DNA of 64,000 nucleotides from an uncultured Methanosarcinaceae archaeon (GTDB lineage Archaea > Halobacteriota > Methanosarcinia > Methanosarcinales > Methanosarcinaceae). The translations under genes and the position numbers were made by a program. The stretch lies in the NCBI GenBank assembly GCA_963847185.1, contig CAWJYV010000007.1, forward strand, positions 64,001 through 128,000. The letters run 5' to 3'. Shown piece by piece: positions 31,201 through 41,166 of the stretch; position 1 is the first letter of the stretch; the number at the start of each line of letters is the position of its first letter. The notes beneath the pieces were generated by a model. The model saw only the letters and a program-made list of their open reading frames with translations, had not been told where the DNA came from and ran no database searches.

Positions 31201-31409
31201 GGATTCTGGTTAGTTGAATTTGAAAATCCATCACCAAAGTTCCAGTTCCATGTAGTTCCATTTTCGTATTGGCCTGTAAATTGCACACTCAGGGGCAATA
31301 CTCCTGATGTTGTGTTGGCGACAATATTTGCAGGTACTGCACCTGCAGCTCCGCAAAATAGCCCGAACACCAGAATTGCTGTAAATATCTGTAAAATAGC
31401 TTTTTTCAT
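28257..31409 (-). CDS. S-layer family protein: signal peptide, 2 PKD, 2 DUF1608, Ig-like/CARDB domains, C-terminal TM anchor
   Basis: WNFGDG/WSFGDG PKD motifs; duplicated W...GFYY.LD.G...IGFMAEKYFAGY Methanosarcinales S-layer repeats; hydrophobic C-terminus. Confidence 0.9.
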   Translation of the reverse strand: MKKAILQIFTAILVFGLFCGAAGAVPANIVANTTSGVLPLSVQFTGQYENGTTWNWNFGDGFSNSTNQNPVVHTYTTAGTYIVTLTAENATTTSDPATKDITVLASTAAFEANVTEGSIPLTVQFTDKSTGSPTKLDWSFGDGSANSTEKNPIHTYTSQNSYTVALTATYSNGNQSTSTKIIEAGSASSSSGKRIWQTGMPTTYTWDAQSYSGFYYDLDTGVSSENMTITDIDRSIDSGNIEYITTPTKTSFEYGDWGSYEIIGFMAEKYFAGYTKNDSEVVGDDISPISDGILSKILIDSDDKKSANSGDALALEEGYSLNIKEVDVNGESVWVQLEKDGEVVDEGFVTSGEDYTYEADLGEAEDVPIIIVHFGTVFAGSETSAVFVQGIFQISDEYTELTNGDTFGEMEVTSLSSSEIKMKNDASVGLDEGDTVDLMGKIKIQVADSSTLRFAPILDTSESGTYELRGTVYEEGDSLPSWDPFNFEGFYYNIDEGIGTENLTVEEFGSRDIPSGKLVYESTPQSVDFEHSEWGNFTVVGFMADKYFAGYTDGSVDGAVDDVSLLSDSILCKVLTDTDDKESMNSGSALTLEDGYSLSIKEVDVNGESVWVQLEKDGEVVDEGFVTSGEDYIYETELGESESVPLIIVHFGTVFAGSESSAVFVQGIFQLSDDYTEINNGDTFGEMEVTSVSESGITMKNDDDIGLGQDETVDVMGNVSFKTADSSTLRFYPFVEVDSGGEGNSSTSLKIGVPDEIYAGDNFDIEITAGGEPVEGATVSVNETSAGETNADGIVEYTAEEVGTLKITAEKEDYTKTSKEINVNSPKEGISLSISPETVYVGDTATIEVLKKIGGDPIEGANVSVDDKVIGTTGSDGKITYTSEKSGTVKISVAKDGFTEESTSLKVKDLEAIFEVSNLVINPIEVKAGKNTTISANVENAGNAAGEYNAELSVNGSVVDSQDVSLGIGNNTTVTFEHSEENPGTYNVTIGEQTGSYTVKEKSSLLLYVLGVFVLLIIGGAAYFFTKGGGDMAMLQQKVQEIVDSIKPRK

Positions 31410-31578
31410 GTTTTATCCTTCTAAACCTTGTGCCTAAATTATATTTGTTAGCTTTTATTTTAGAAATTTTCAAATCTATTTTGTTTTTATGATCACTGTG
31501 AATTTTAATCAATAAATCCTACTTCTCTCTCTAAGTTCTATCTTCAAGTTTTAATCGGCGAACTCGATTATTTTTTTA

Positions 31579-32667
31579 TTAGTGCGATTTATCAATAATC
31601 TCGGCTTTTAGCTGCTGGTATCCTCTCTGCTCTATTGTTGTTAACTTGTATTCGGGGGATTCGAGCATAATGCCAGCTTCGTACTTCGTACATTCTCCTA
31701 TAACGGTTAAGTTACATATATTTTGTACTTTTTTCAGCTTTTGAGGGTCAATTGTCATAAGAAGTTCGAAATCTCCACCTGTATAAAGGGAAAGCTCTGC
31801 CAGTTCTTCGGGACTTGAAACAAATTCTCTAACTTCTTTCAGGATTGGAAGAGTGCTTTCACGGATTTTGAAACCTACATGGCTTTCTCTGGCAAGGTCA
31901 TAAAGGGACATGGCGAGGCCGTCACTCGTGTCCATCATGGATGTGACCGCGCCTGACTCAGCCAGTTGTCTGGCTTCTTTCGTGCGGGGGATAGGTTCAA
32001 AAAGAGCTTTGAGAACAGTTTCACTTACTGTTTTTCCAGACTGAAGGGCCTCAAGAGCAGCCCCGGCAGAGCCAGTATATCCTGTAACACAGACAAGGTC
32101 TCCCGATCTTGCTCCACGCCTGAGGAGAAGCTGGCTTTTTTTCACCCTACCCAGGGCTGTCCCTGTAATTGTCAGTTCAGCATGGGTATCAAGGTCACCT
32201 CCGATAACAGAAGTTCCGCAGAATTCGGCACATGCCTGCATACCTTTTGCAAGTTCTTCGATAAAAGTAATTTCGGTATCTGCTGGCATTCCTATTGCCA
32301 TAAGAAGCCCTGCAGGTTCTGCACCCATGGCTGCAATATCACTCAGGTTTACGGCTGCAGACATCCAGCCCATCTGCCAGGGCGTCATTTCTGCCGGAAA
32401 ATCCGTGGTTCTATGCAGCATATCTGTTGTAATAACCAGACAGTCTTCGCCTTTAAGGTCAAGAACGGCACAGTCATCTGAACCCGCACCAATTAGGATT
32501 CTTTTCTGTCCGCTTTCTTTACTGTCAGGGGCTTTGAAGATCTCAGATAAGCGGGAAATTAAAGCGCGCTCTCCGACTGAAGATACTTTTGTTCCTTTCA
32601 TGGTCTTTTTTCTGGAAGCGATGACTTTTGATCTCCTTTCTATAGGTACTGCCCTTATCCGGGCCAA
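31579..32667 (-). CDS. thiL: thiamine-monophosphate kinase (start uncertain; 32601 possible)
   Basis: GERALI, DDCAV, NLSDIAAMGA, GGD, DTSDGL, GGDFEL. Confidence 0.93.
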   Translation of the reverse strand: MARIRAVPIERRSKVIASRKKTMKGTKVSSVGERALISRLSEIFKAPDSKESGQKRILIGAGSDDCAVLDLKGEDCLVITTDMLHRTTDFPAEMTPWQMGWMSAAVNLSDIAAMGAEPAGLLMAIGMPADTEITFIEELAKGMQACAEFCGTSVIGGDLDTHAELTITGTALGRVKKSQLLLRRGARSGDLVCVTGYTGSAGAALEALQSGKTVSETVLKALFEPIPRTKEARQLAESGAVTSMMDTSDGLAMSLYDLARESHVGFKIRESTLPILKEVREFVSSPEELAELSLYTGGDFELLMTIDPQKLKKVQNICNLTVIGECTKYEAGIMLESPEYKLTTIEQRGYQQLKAEIIDKSH

Positions 32668-33023
32668 AATGCACTGAGTCTCTCCCCTTTATTTAATTTT
32701 CGTAACGACAGAGGTTACACATAGTCAGGTAATAATAATAGAGAAGTTTTCAGTATTTGGCGAGGACATTATGGGACAATTCTTACATTTATTTATGAGT
32801 ATTGAGTAAACAAACTCCAATCTCTGAGATTAATCACTTTCTTTTACTTTTTGGAGTATAAGGCTTTTGTAAACTTCAAATTAATTTGAACTTATCTATT
32901 ATTCCTGAAAAATCAGTAAAAGTTTTTTAGAAATATGAAATAGCTTGAAAAGCCTAAAAAAGTTTAAACAAGCCTAAATTGAGATAATTTAGGGAAACAG
33001 GCAAGTAATATTAAAAAATAAGT

Positions 33024-33794
33024 TCAGACTATCTCTTCTCCAGCCTCTCTTGTCCTTATTCTTACATTTTTCAGAAACTTTTTTGCTGTTATTCCAAGTT
33101 CGTATAACTCTTCCCTTTCTAAGATTAGACTTTTTCTAAGATTCTCCTGCAAACTGTGTTCCGGGATTCCCTGCTGCAGTACATAAATGATCTCTCTGTT
33201 TCTCGCATGTCCTGAAATCCAGGAAGCTATGCAGGTAACTTCTTCCTTTGTTCCAATTAAATCCCTGATTACTGTTGTCCTTAGCTCCGGCTCAAGATCG
33301 CAAGACTCTGCAATTTCTATTGTCTCAATGACATTTGCAGTAATCTCTTCAGGAGCCTTTTTAACAGCTGTGTACTTCCCCCATCCTGTAATTTTCCCAT
33401 AAAGTTCAGGATTATCAGGAGGGGCTTTTATGTCGATAAAAAATTTATCCACCAATTTTCGTTTAACCAGTTCTTTTGCCATTTCAGGATAGCAGCCGTT
33501 CGTGTGAATTCCGACCAGAAGCCCGAGCTCTTTTGCAAACTCTGCAAGAGGCACAATTGCCTTCTGCATTAGAGGCTCTCCTCCAGAAAATACAACTGTA
33601 CTCACAAAAGGCCTGGAGTTTTTTATCTTCTCCTTCACAAAATCGAGTTCTACAAGGTCTGGCTCTTCCAGATAAGGATGATTCTGGCAATAAAGGCAGC
33701 GAAGAGGGCATCCCCGAAAAAAGATAGTGATTGCGGCTTTCCCTCTCCAATCCAGAGTTGAGAGGGAAACCGTGTCTGCATAATTTACTTTCAT
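33024..33794 (-). CDS. nrdG: anaerobic ribonucleotide reductase activating enzyme (radical SAM)
   Basis: GCPLRCLYCQN, FSGGEP, HTNG; directly downstream of nrdD. Confidence 0.92.
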   Translation of the reverse strand: MKVNYADTVSLSTLDWRGKAAITIFFRGCPLRCLYCQNHPYLEEPDLVELDFVKEKIKNSRPFVSTVVFSGGEPLMQKAIVPLAEFAKELGLLVGIHTNGCYPEMAKELVKRKLVDKFFIDIKAPPDNPELYGKITGWGKYTAVKKAPEEITANVIETIEIAESCDLEPELRTTVIRDLIGTKEEVTCIASWISGHARNREIIYVLQQGIPEHSLQENLRKSLILEREELYELGITAKKFLKNVRIRTREAGEEIV

Positions 33795-33856
33795 GAAAAA
33801 TTACCGTTTCTCAAGATCATTACTCAAGTCTTTAGAATAAAAAAGAGTAGGAACTC

Positions 33857-36241
33857 TTACCTGAGTTCCCTTGTATCATATCTTTTTCTATCGTAAAGCT
33901 CCTGACGCTTGCCCCTGTTCCAGCCTTCTACGGATTGGAGGTATCCTGTAATTCTTGAGAGGTGCTGAACATTTTCAGATCTACATTTCGGGCATTTGTC
34001 CTGCAGGCCGTCTGATACGTATCCCTCGTCAATGCATACGGTCATGTCCCTTGTGAAGGCAAAGTAACCTGTCTGAGTGTTCTTTGCTATATGCATGGCA
34101 AGTTCCTGCAGTCCATCAGGGTCTGGCTTTCCTTCTCCAAGCCAGATATGCATAATGTTTCCTCCGTCGACTATCGGGAAGAAAGTGTGTTCATACTTTA
34201 TTCTCTCAGGCAGAGAGACATCAGCTCCTGGCGGGATGTGAGTACCATTGGTATAGTATATGGGCAGGTCGTGTGTCTCATTAATCTCTTTCTTTGCGGC
34301 TTTGAGATCCCCTTTAATTGTGAGTTCGGCTTTGCCGGCATATTCTCTGTGCAGGAGATCTGAGACTGCAAAGCGCTGGGCTGTAGTTTCAGCAGGCGTT
34401 CTTGCAAGGGCAATTTCCATATCGTTTTCCTTTGAGAGCTTCTGGGCATGCATTTTCATTTCGAACATAGCCCTTATAGCAAGTTTATAAGCAATAGGGG
34501 ACTCATGGATCTGGTAACCTGTATGGTATTGCACCATCTCATTAATTCCTACTACTCCAATAGTATACACAAGACTATCGAAGTCCACAGCCATTGCCCC
34601 TGTCTCTCCGGTGTTCGGGTCTTTGGGACACTGTGCTGCAAAAGGAATTCTGTTTTTCTTGATGAGACTGTTCATCCAGCTTCGCTTGATCTTGAAGACT
34701 TCTATGCCCCTGTTCATCAGGGCTTTTAGCTCACTGAAAAGTTTTTCATCATCATATTCGGCCTTATATGCTGCCCTGGGGCAGTTTAAAGACAGCACCA
34801 TCCATGAGCCCATTGAAAAGTGTTTTCCATTCTTGAAATGAAGTTTGTCATTAAACTCTTTATCATCTGTAGGATTTGCGGAGAACTGGTAAGCACAGCA
34901 CTGGTAGCATGAAATTCCTTCCCCTGCACCTCTATATTCAGGGAGCTGGTTATCAAAATAAGGAGTTCCGAATTTGGCAGCCAGCTCAAAGGTCATCCTG
35001 TACAGTTCTTTATACGTCGGAAGTTCAGGGTGAGCTCTGTTAAATTCCTCATCCTCTTTCATGAAATCAGGTTCAAGAGAAATTTCAGGTTTCGGGAAAC
35101 TGAAAGGCTTGCCCCAGGCATCTCCTTCAAGCATAACATCCATCATGGCTTTGAATCCAAGGCGGACTTCTTTTTCAAATTCCCCGTAGGTCCTGAGAGG
35201 AGCCTGTTTTCCATTCCAGATCTTACCCATGGCAACAACTGGTATGTTTTTCCAGAGCTTAGGAACACCTGGAGAAAGCTGCACTGATGAAAAAACAGTC
35301 TGTCCGCCTCTTGCACACATCATCTGCATCATTTCATAGACGAACATCTGCATGAGCTGCCTGATCTCAGTTTCTGATTTGCCTTTGAGATAGGGAGCCA
35401 TAAAGGTCAGGAAATTGTAAAAGCCCTGCCCACCTGCAAAATTTGTCTGAGCCGAACCCATGGCCTTTACAGCATGCAGAAAAGCTACTTCTGCGTTCTT
35501 TGCAGGTTTTGCCACGCTGGATTGGGTTCCTACTCCATCAGGCATAAGGCCGTAATAAAAGAAGTAGCGCAGGTCCCAGTCCTGACAAAAAGGTCTTGTG
35601 CCCATGTATTCGAGATCATGGATATGAAAATCTCCATTCAGGTGCAGGTCGGCAAGCTCTTTTGGCATCAGAAGGAGATTTTGTTCTTTGGACATTTTGT
35701 CAGCTTTTCTTTTATGCGATGTTTCCGCATTGTTCAGCTGGTTTGCATTATCGTTTGCCCCAAAGCCGTATCCTGAGTCGATTTCGTAGGCATCGTAGAC
35801 TGACGCCCCGACTCTTGTCATTATGTTTCTCCATTCTACATGCCCTCTGTCAAGCAGGATATTGTTTACTATTTCCCGGATAAGAGGTCCTGAGAGGAAT
35901 TTAATATTCATCTTTCTGATGATTTTTTCAGCTTCTTTTGCAATATCAACTGCTTCTTCTTTTGTAATTGCATCTTTGTTGTAGAAGATCTCGCTTAATT
36001 TTGTTTCTTTCAGGAGCTGATTTACAATAATATTCCTGTCCCAGTTGACCATGAACCCGTCTGTCGTCCTTACTTTGGGAAGAGGAGAGACGGATAGCCC
36101 ATCAAGTGTTTTTTGTACTGGCTGGTTATCAGATAAATGATTATCTCTGGGAAGGGAAGGAAGGGAGAGCCCGTTAAGTGTCTTTTTAACCGGCTGGTTA
36201 TCAGATAGATTGCCATCGGGTGAGAGAATTTCGCCTGTCAT
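33857..36241 (-). CDS. nrdD: class III (anaerobic) ribonucleoside-triphosphate reductase
   Basis: ATP-cone-like N-domain, HIHDL..RPFC, QCCAY, PAET, YYTNG, glycyl-radical RITGYL. Confidence 0.96.
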   Translation of the reverse strand: MTGEILSPDGNLSDNQPVKKTLNGLSLPSLPRDNHLSDNQPVQKTLDGLSVSPLPKVRTTDGFMVNWDRNIIVNQLLKETKLSEIFYNKDAITKEEAVDIAKEAEKIIRKMNIKFLSGPLIREIVNNILLDRGHVEWRNIMTRVGASVYDAYEIDSGYGFGANDNANQLNNAETSHKRKADKMSKEQNLLLMPKELADLHLNGDFHIHDLEYMGTRPFCQDWDLRYFFYYGLMPDGVGTQSSVAKPAKNAEVAFLHAVKAMGSAQTNFAGGQGFYNFLTFMAPYLKGKSETEIRQLMQMFVYEMMQMMCARGGQTVFSSVQLSPGVPKLWKNIPVVAMGKIWNGKQAPLRTYGEFEKEVRLGFKAMMDVMLEGDAWGKPFSFPKPEISLEPDFMKEDEEFNRAHPELPTYKELYRMTFELAAKFGTPYFDNQLPEYRGAGEGISCYQCCAYQFSANPTDDKEFNDKLHFKNGKHFSMGSWMVLSLNCPRAAYKAEYDDEKLFSELKALMNRGIEVFKIKRSWMNSLIKKNRIPFAAQCPKDPNTGETGAMAVDFDSLVYTIGVVGINEMVQYHTGYQIHESPIAYKLAIRAMFEMKMHAQKLSKENDMEIALARTPAETTAQRFAVSDLLHREYAGKAELTIKGDLKAAKKEINETHDLPIYYTNGTHIPPGADVSLPERIKYEHTFFPIVDGGNIMHIWLGEGKPDPDGLQELAMHIAKNTQTGYFAFTRDMTVCIDEGYVSDGLQDKCPKCRSENVQHLSRITGYLQSVEGWNRGKRQELYDRKRYDTRELR

Positions 36242-36316
36242 TTTCTCATCTTCATTAATTGTTTTAAGAATGAAATCTGCACGTTATTTTATCGTTTTGA
36301 AGCTTCAGAGTGTGTA

Positions 36317-36568
36317 TCACAAAATTCCCCTGAATTTTTCAGGGTTTACTTCTTCCCCACTGAAGATTTCCTCATGGGTCAGGAAAGTGTCATTGATCTG
36401 TAAAACAGGAGCTGTCACTGTAAAAATCCCATTAAATCGCAGCTCTGTCAGGGCTTCAGGCGTAGACATATCTGCCACTGTATAGGGTACTGAATTTGCC
36501 TCAAGGAACTTTTTTAATTTATTGCATTTGGGACATCTTTCTGTTGTATATACAATTATCTTTGCCAT
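36317..36568 (-). CDS. nrdH: NrdH/glutaredoxin-like redoxin (electron donor to NrdD)
   Basis: YTTERCPKC, TAPVL; first gene of the nrd operon. Confidence 0.85.
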   Translation of the reverse strand: MAKIIVYTTERCPKCNKLKKFLEANSVPYTVADMSTPEALTELRFNGIFTVTAPVLQINDTFLTHEEIFSGEEVNPEKFRGIL

Positions 36569-36866
36569 GCTTTACGATCCTCTGATTTCTCACTACTTTT
36601 GAATCAAATCTTACTTATTTCTTTTATTTCCAGTGTGGGAGGAGTGAGCGCGGCAGCGCAAAGCGCATTATCGCAAGAAAACAAACCCCCACATGGGTTA
36701 CTTTAAAATGTGCCCCTTTGATTGTCTTTCCACTTTCCTAAGTGAATTATTCTCTTTTTCCAGGTAAATACCCTAAATGTCCTTGCAGTTAATAATGGTT
36801 TTTCAACTCAGTTCTGGATACAATAACCCTTTTGTTTTGTATACAAAGATATCCTGTTATTTTTAT

Positions 36867-36892
36867 ATTTGTTATCAGATCTGATAACAAAT
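36867..36892. promoter_or_regulatory. perfect 26-bp palindrome, candidate operator
   Basis: ATTTGTTATCAGATCTGATAACAAAT is its own reverse complement; in the nrdH/radB divergent region. Confidence 0.6.
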
Positions 36893-37331
36893 CTGGGGAA
36901 TTCTGTTTCCGAAAAATTGCCTTACTTTAGAGGACATTTTCAAGTACAAGAGACATTCTGCAATATTGAAGCCATTTTAGAGGATATAGGTATGGAGACC
37001 ATGTATATGGCTTTATTCCTTAGATTCTCTCTGAAATAATCTAAAATGACTTCCTACAACATATCTCTGCTAAAAACAAAAAAGATTGACGTGTAGTAAA
37101 AAAATGTTGTTATATGTAGCGAAAGCAAATTACTACTTTGCTTTTATTTACACTAATTTTCCGAAAAGTAAACATATTAGATTTAATTTTAGCTGTGGTC
37201 TTTAAAGCTTGTCGTTATTTTTTTCACAGGTTTTCATTTTAAAAATAGTGGAGTTACAAAAAAGCGTTATATCATTGGTCAGTTATACCTCTGTCTAGTG
37301 CAAAAAGAGGTGTCATTCCATAGAGAAATTA

Positions 37332-37988
37332 ATGCCTACGGGCTGCAAACCCCTTGACGACCTTCTGGGTGGAGGTTTCGAGAAGGGGATCGTGACTCAA
37401 ATCTTTGGAGCCGCTGGTACCGGGAAAACAAATATTTGCATCCAGCTTGCAGTGGAATGTGTAAAGCAGGGGCAGAAGGCTATTTTCATAGATACTGAAG
37501 GCCTTTCTCCTTCTCGTTTTAAACAGATTGCAGGGGAGAACGCAAAAGAGATAGCAAGGAGTATCATTATTTATGAACCCCTGAGTTTTGAAGAACAGTA
37601 TGCTGCTGTAAGAGAAGTAGAGAGAATAGCCGGTGAAAATATCGGGCTTGTAATCCTTGATTCTGCAACTTCATATTACAGGTTCGAGCTTGAAGATGAA
37701 GACACTGGTATAAAAAGTCGCAGAGAGCTTGCCAGTCAGATAGGATTTTTGCATGCCCTGGCTCGTAAACACGGCTTTGCTGCAGTTATAACCAATCAGG
37801 TCTACTCTGATATTATCTCAGGAGGAGTACGACCGCTGGGAGGTACTTCCCTTGAGCATATATCAAAAACCATTGTCCAGCTGGAAAAAACAGGTGAAGG
37901 AACCAGACGTGCTATTCTGTACAAACACCGCTCCCGTCCTGAAGGCTTAAACGCTGAATTTAGAATTACAGCTGAAGGAATTCGTTAA
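37332..37988 (+). CDS. radB: DNA repair protein RadB
   Basis: TGCKPLDDLLGGG, GAAGTGKT, IDTEG, C-terminal KHR motif. Confidence 0.95.
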   Translation: MPTGCKPLDDLLGGGFEKGIVTQIFGAAGTGKTNICIQLAVECVKQGQKAIFIDTEGLSPSRFKQIAGENAKEIARSIIIYEPLSFEEQYAAVREVERIAGENIGLVILDSATSYYRFELEDEDTGIKSRRELASQIGFLHALARKHGFAAVITNQVYSDIISGGVRPLGGTSLEHISKTIVQLEKTGEGTRRAILYKHRSRPEGLNAEFRITAEGIR

Positions 37989-38052
37989 TTGATAAAATCG
38001 ACAGATTTCTATACGATAAATTTCACGGAAGTATTTAAAAACAGAGAAAACG

Positions 38053-38079
38053 AAAATTCCCGGGAAGATCCGGGATTTT
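38053..38079. terminator. hairpin between convergent radB and ino1
   Basis: AAAATTCCCGG-GAAGAT-CCGGGATTTT inverted repeat. Confidence 0.5.
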
Positions 38080-38124
38080 ACAGTGAAAGACTGTTTTTAA
38101 TAAAAATTTCTTGTACTTGAAGCT

Positions 38125-39225
38125 TCAACGTTCTCTGGTGCCAGCTATGAATTCCTCTGTCCTTCTGTAAGCTTCATCATCAGGGTACTGAATAGCCGGG
38201 TGCTTCATAAAATAAGATGCCGGAGAATACAGCACTCCTCCTATTCCGCGATCAAGAGCTAGTTTGCAGCATCGAATGGCATCAATTACCACACCTGCGG
38301 AATTGGGGGAATCTTCTACGGAAAGCCTTAGTTCAAGGTTCATTGGTACATCTCCAAAAAGTTTACCTTCCATCCTCAGGAAACATACTTTGTTGTCTTT
38401 TTGCCAGGCTACGTAATCGCTAGGTCCGATGTGGATATTTTCATCATCAAGCTTTTGAGAGAGCACGGACTGGACCGCTTCTGTTTTTGATTCTCTTTTG
38501 GAAGCAAGTCTGCTCCTGTTGAGCATGTTGAGAAAATCAGTATTTCCTCCAGTGTTCAGCTGATATGTCCTTTCAAGTTTTACACCGCGTTTTTCAAAAA
38601 GGTCTGCAAGAATTCTATGGGTAATAGTAGCTCCAAGCTGGGCTTTAATATCATCGCCGATAATCGGAATATTCTTTTCTTCAAACCTTTTTGCCCATTC
38701 AGGATTGCTTGCAATAAAAACAGGCATATTATTGATTAAAGCCACACCAGCTTCAAGGGCACACTCGGCATAGAAACGTACTGCCTCTTCAGAACCTACA
38801 GGCAGGTAATTGAGAAGCATTTCTGCGCCTGAACTCTTCAGTTCGTTTACTATATCTGCTTTCGTAGCTTCTGGCTCTTTACCGACAATAAAGGTATACT
38901 TTTCTTCATAGTTCTTCATGTGGTCAGAAACCCCGTCAAGAACCCTCCCCATTTTAACCTTCACGCCTGTAGCCGGAATGTCAGGACAAAAGATCGCTGT
39001 GCAGTTCGGGGGGGCAAATATAGCCTCAGCCACATCTTTTCCTACTTTCCTGGCGTCAATGTCAAAGGCAGCAACAACTTCGATGTCTTTGGGTTTATAT
39101 CCGCCAAGGTCCCAGTGCATCAGCCCTATAGGTTCTTTGTTTTCGGCTTTATAATACTCAATGCCCTGTATCAAAGAGCTTGCACAGTTCCCGATCCCTG
39201 CAATTGCTATTTTTATCTTTGTCAT
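38125..39225 (-). CDS. ino1: myo-inositol-1-phosphate synthase
   Basis: [40 protein letters not shown]. Confidence 0.95.
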   Translation of the reverse strand: MTKIKIAIAGIGNCASSLIQGIEYYKAENKEPIGLMHWDLGGYKPKDIEVVAAFDIDARKVGKDVAEAIFAPPNCTAIFCPDIPATGVKVKMGRVLDGVSDHMKNYEEKYTFIVGKEPEATKADIVNELKSSGAEMLLNYLPVGSEEAVRFYAECALEAGVALINNMPVFIASNPEWAKRFEEKNIPIIGDDIKAQLGATITHRILADLFEKRGVKLERTYQLNTGGNTDFLNMLNRSRLASKRESKTEAVQSVLSQKLDDENIHIGPSDYVAWQKDNKVCFLRMEGKLFGDVPMNLELRLSVEDSPNSAGVVIDAIRCCKLALDRGIGGVLYSPASYFMKHPAIQYPDDEAYRRTEEFIAGTRER

Positions 39226-39819
39226 AAACGCTTACTCTCCGATAAATACCCTGATTCTCATAAACCGCATTCATGGAATGATAGATTTTTCGTGATTTCT
39301 GAAATCTACAGACTCAAAGATTTACGGATTCAAGGTCTTGAAATTTATGACTTCTATTCCTAAAATTAAGACTCTTTCTGTATCTCAGCTATGGATTTTA
39401 AATCTTCTCTTATTTGTGCTGTTACTTTATAAATCTATTATATCAAGTTTGCCTTTCCGGGAATATATTTTGTTTTTATATATTATTTATATAGATTATT
39501 TATATATGTTATTTATATATACCCTAAACTCAAGTCCACTTTCAAGATAAAATTCTTATTTTTGCACTCAGGTGCGGGATCTTTCAATCTTTATCTTTTC
39601 TTCAAGTATTTTTCTCTTTTAAGATTGGAGATTAAGATTAAAGAAGCCTATCTGGAGTTTCATTTTAAGCTACTTTATCAACTTCGCAGTTTAGAGAAAA
39701 TAAATTGAGGAATTCTTCTGAGCATGGAGTTGAATAGGTTTTTATTAGATAGAGAGCTTGAAATGGGAGCCGGTGGATTTTTCCGGCAGAACCTGACGTT
39801 TATATCGGAAAGTGATTTA

Positions 39820-40839
39820 ATGAGGACAATTGACTGGAAAGAAGAGTCCAATTCCGTGATACTGGTAGATCAAACCCTGCTCCCAAAGGAGTACAGGATT
39901 ATAGAATGCAAAACATTGAGTTCTCTCTGTGAGGCTATAAAATCTCTAAGGATAAGGGGTGCGCCTGCTCTCGGTGCTGCAGGAGGTTTTGGAATTGCCC
40001 TTGCAGCCTCCCTGAGTGGAGCCAAAAACATTGAAACAATGATGAAAGACCTTGAGGTTGCAGGGAAAGCTCTTAAATCAACCCGCCCAACTGCAGTAAA
40101 CCTGGGATGGGGCGTTGATAGGGTCTTAAGAGCTGTTTCAGACGCCTTTGATGCTCAGGGAATCAGAGATATCGCTCTTCAGGAAGCCAGGGATATTGCG
40201 GAAGAGGATGTGGCCACTAACAAGCTGATAGGCGAATATGGGGCAAAGTTCCTTAAAGACGGGGACACTGTACTCACTCATTGTAATGCAGGCAGGCTCG
40301 CCTGTGTAGATTGGGGTACAGCTCTCGGGGTTGTACGTTCGGCTATTGCTGAAGGCAAGGAGATCAAGGTTATCGCCTGTGAGACCAGGCCCCTGAATCA
40401 GGGAAGCAGGATAACTACCTGGGAATTGATGCAGGACAAAATTCCGGTAACTCTGATTGCAGATTCAATGGCTGGATGGGCAATGCACCAGGGCCTTGTA
40501 GACAGTGTACTTGTAGGAGCAGACAGGATTACCCAGGATGTTGTTTTTAACAAGATAGGGACTTATACACATTCCATTCTTGCAAAAGAACATGAAATTC
40601 CTTTCTACGTGGCAGCTCCAATCTCTACTTTCGATTTCAATGGCTGGGAAGGTAGCGTAAAAATCGAAATGCGGAGCGCTGATGAGCTTCGATTCTTTGG
40701 GTCCGAACAGCTTGCCCCGGAAGAAGTGGAAGTCTACAATCCTGCTTTTGATGCAACTCCCATGGAAAATGTGACTGCAATTATCACGGAAAAGGGAGTA
40801 TTTTATCCGCCTTTCCTGCTGGACGAGGTTCTTATTTGA
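39820..40839 (+). CDS. mtnA: methylthioribose-1-phosphate isomerase (eIF2B family)
   Basis: IRGAPALG, TRPTAVNL, LTHCNAG, ETRP, NKIGTY; start set at MRTIDW. Confidence 0.92.
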   Translation: MRTIDWKEESNSVILVDQTLLPKEYRIIECKTLSSLCEAIKSLRIRGAPALGAAGGFGIALAASLSGAKNIETMMKDLEVAGKALKSTRPTAVNLGWGVDRVLRAVSDAFDAQGIRDIALQEARDIAEEDVATNKLIGEYGAKFLKDGDTVLTHCNAGRLACVDWGTALGVVRSAIAEGKEIKVIACETRPLNQGSRITTWELMQDKIPVTLIADSMAGWAMHQGLVDSVLVGADRITQDVVFNKIGTYTHSILAKEHEIPFYVAAPISTFDFNGWEGSVKIEMRSADELRFFGSEQLAPEEVEVYNPAFDATPMENVTAIITEKGVFYPPFLLDEVLI

Positions 40840-41166
40840 AAGCAATTCGAAGATAAATTGAGTTTAATTTGAGGATATTTTGAATATCCTGAAATATATC
40901 CCTATTTATCCTCGCTTTTGGAGCATACCTAACTCCATATCAATCCTTCCAGAGTCAGGATACTAAATAATTACTCTGCTGGATTTATATATCAGAAATG
41001 TATTATCTGATGATTACCAATGTTAACAGTAACTTCAACAGTTATGTTAGATATTTTAATTTATAGGTAAATATTTTAACATGTACCTTATTAATCTATT
41101 AAGAAGACAAAATACAGGTAATAAATTTACATTCAATTTACAGTGCATTCTTACAGGTGTTAATTC

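Noticed and set aside
36995-37120. NrdR-box-like sequences (ACAACATATCT, TTATATGTAGCG)
   Set aside because: weak matches in AT-rich DNA; cannot be distinguished from chance by eye
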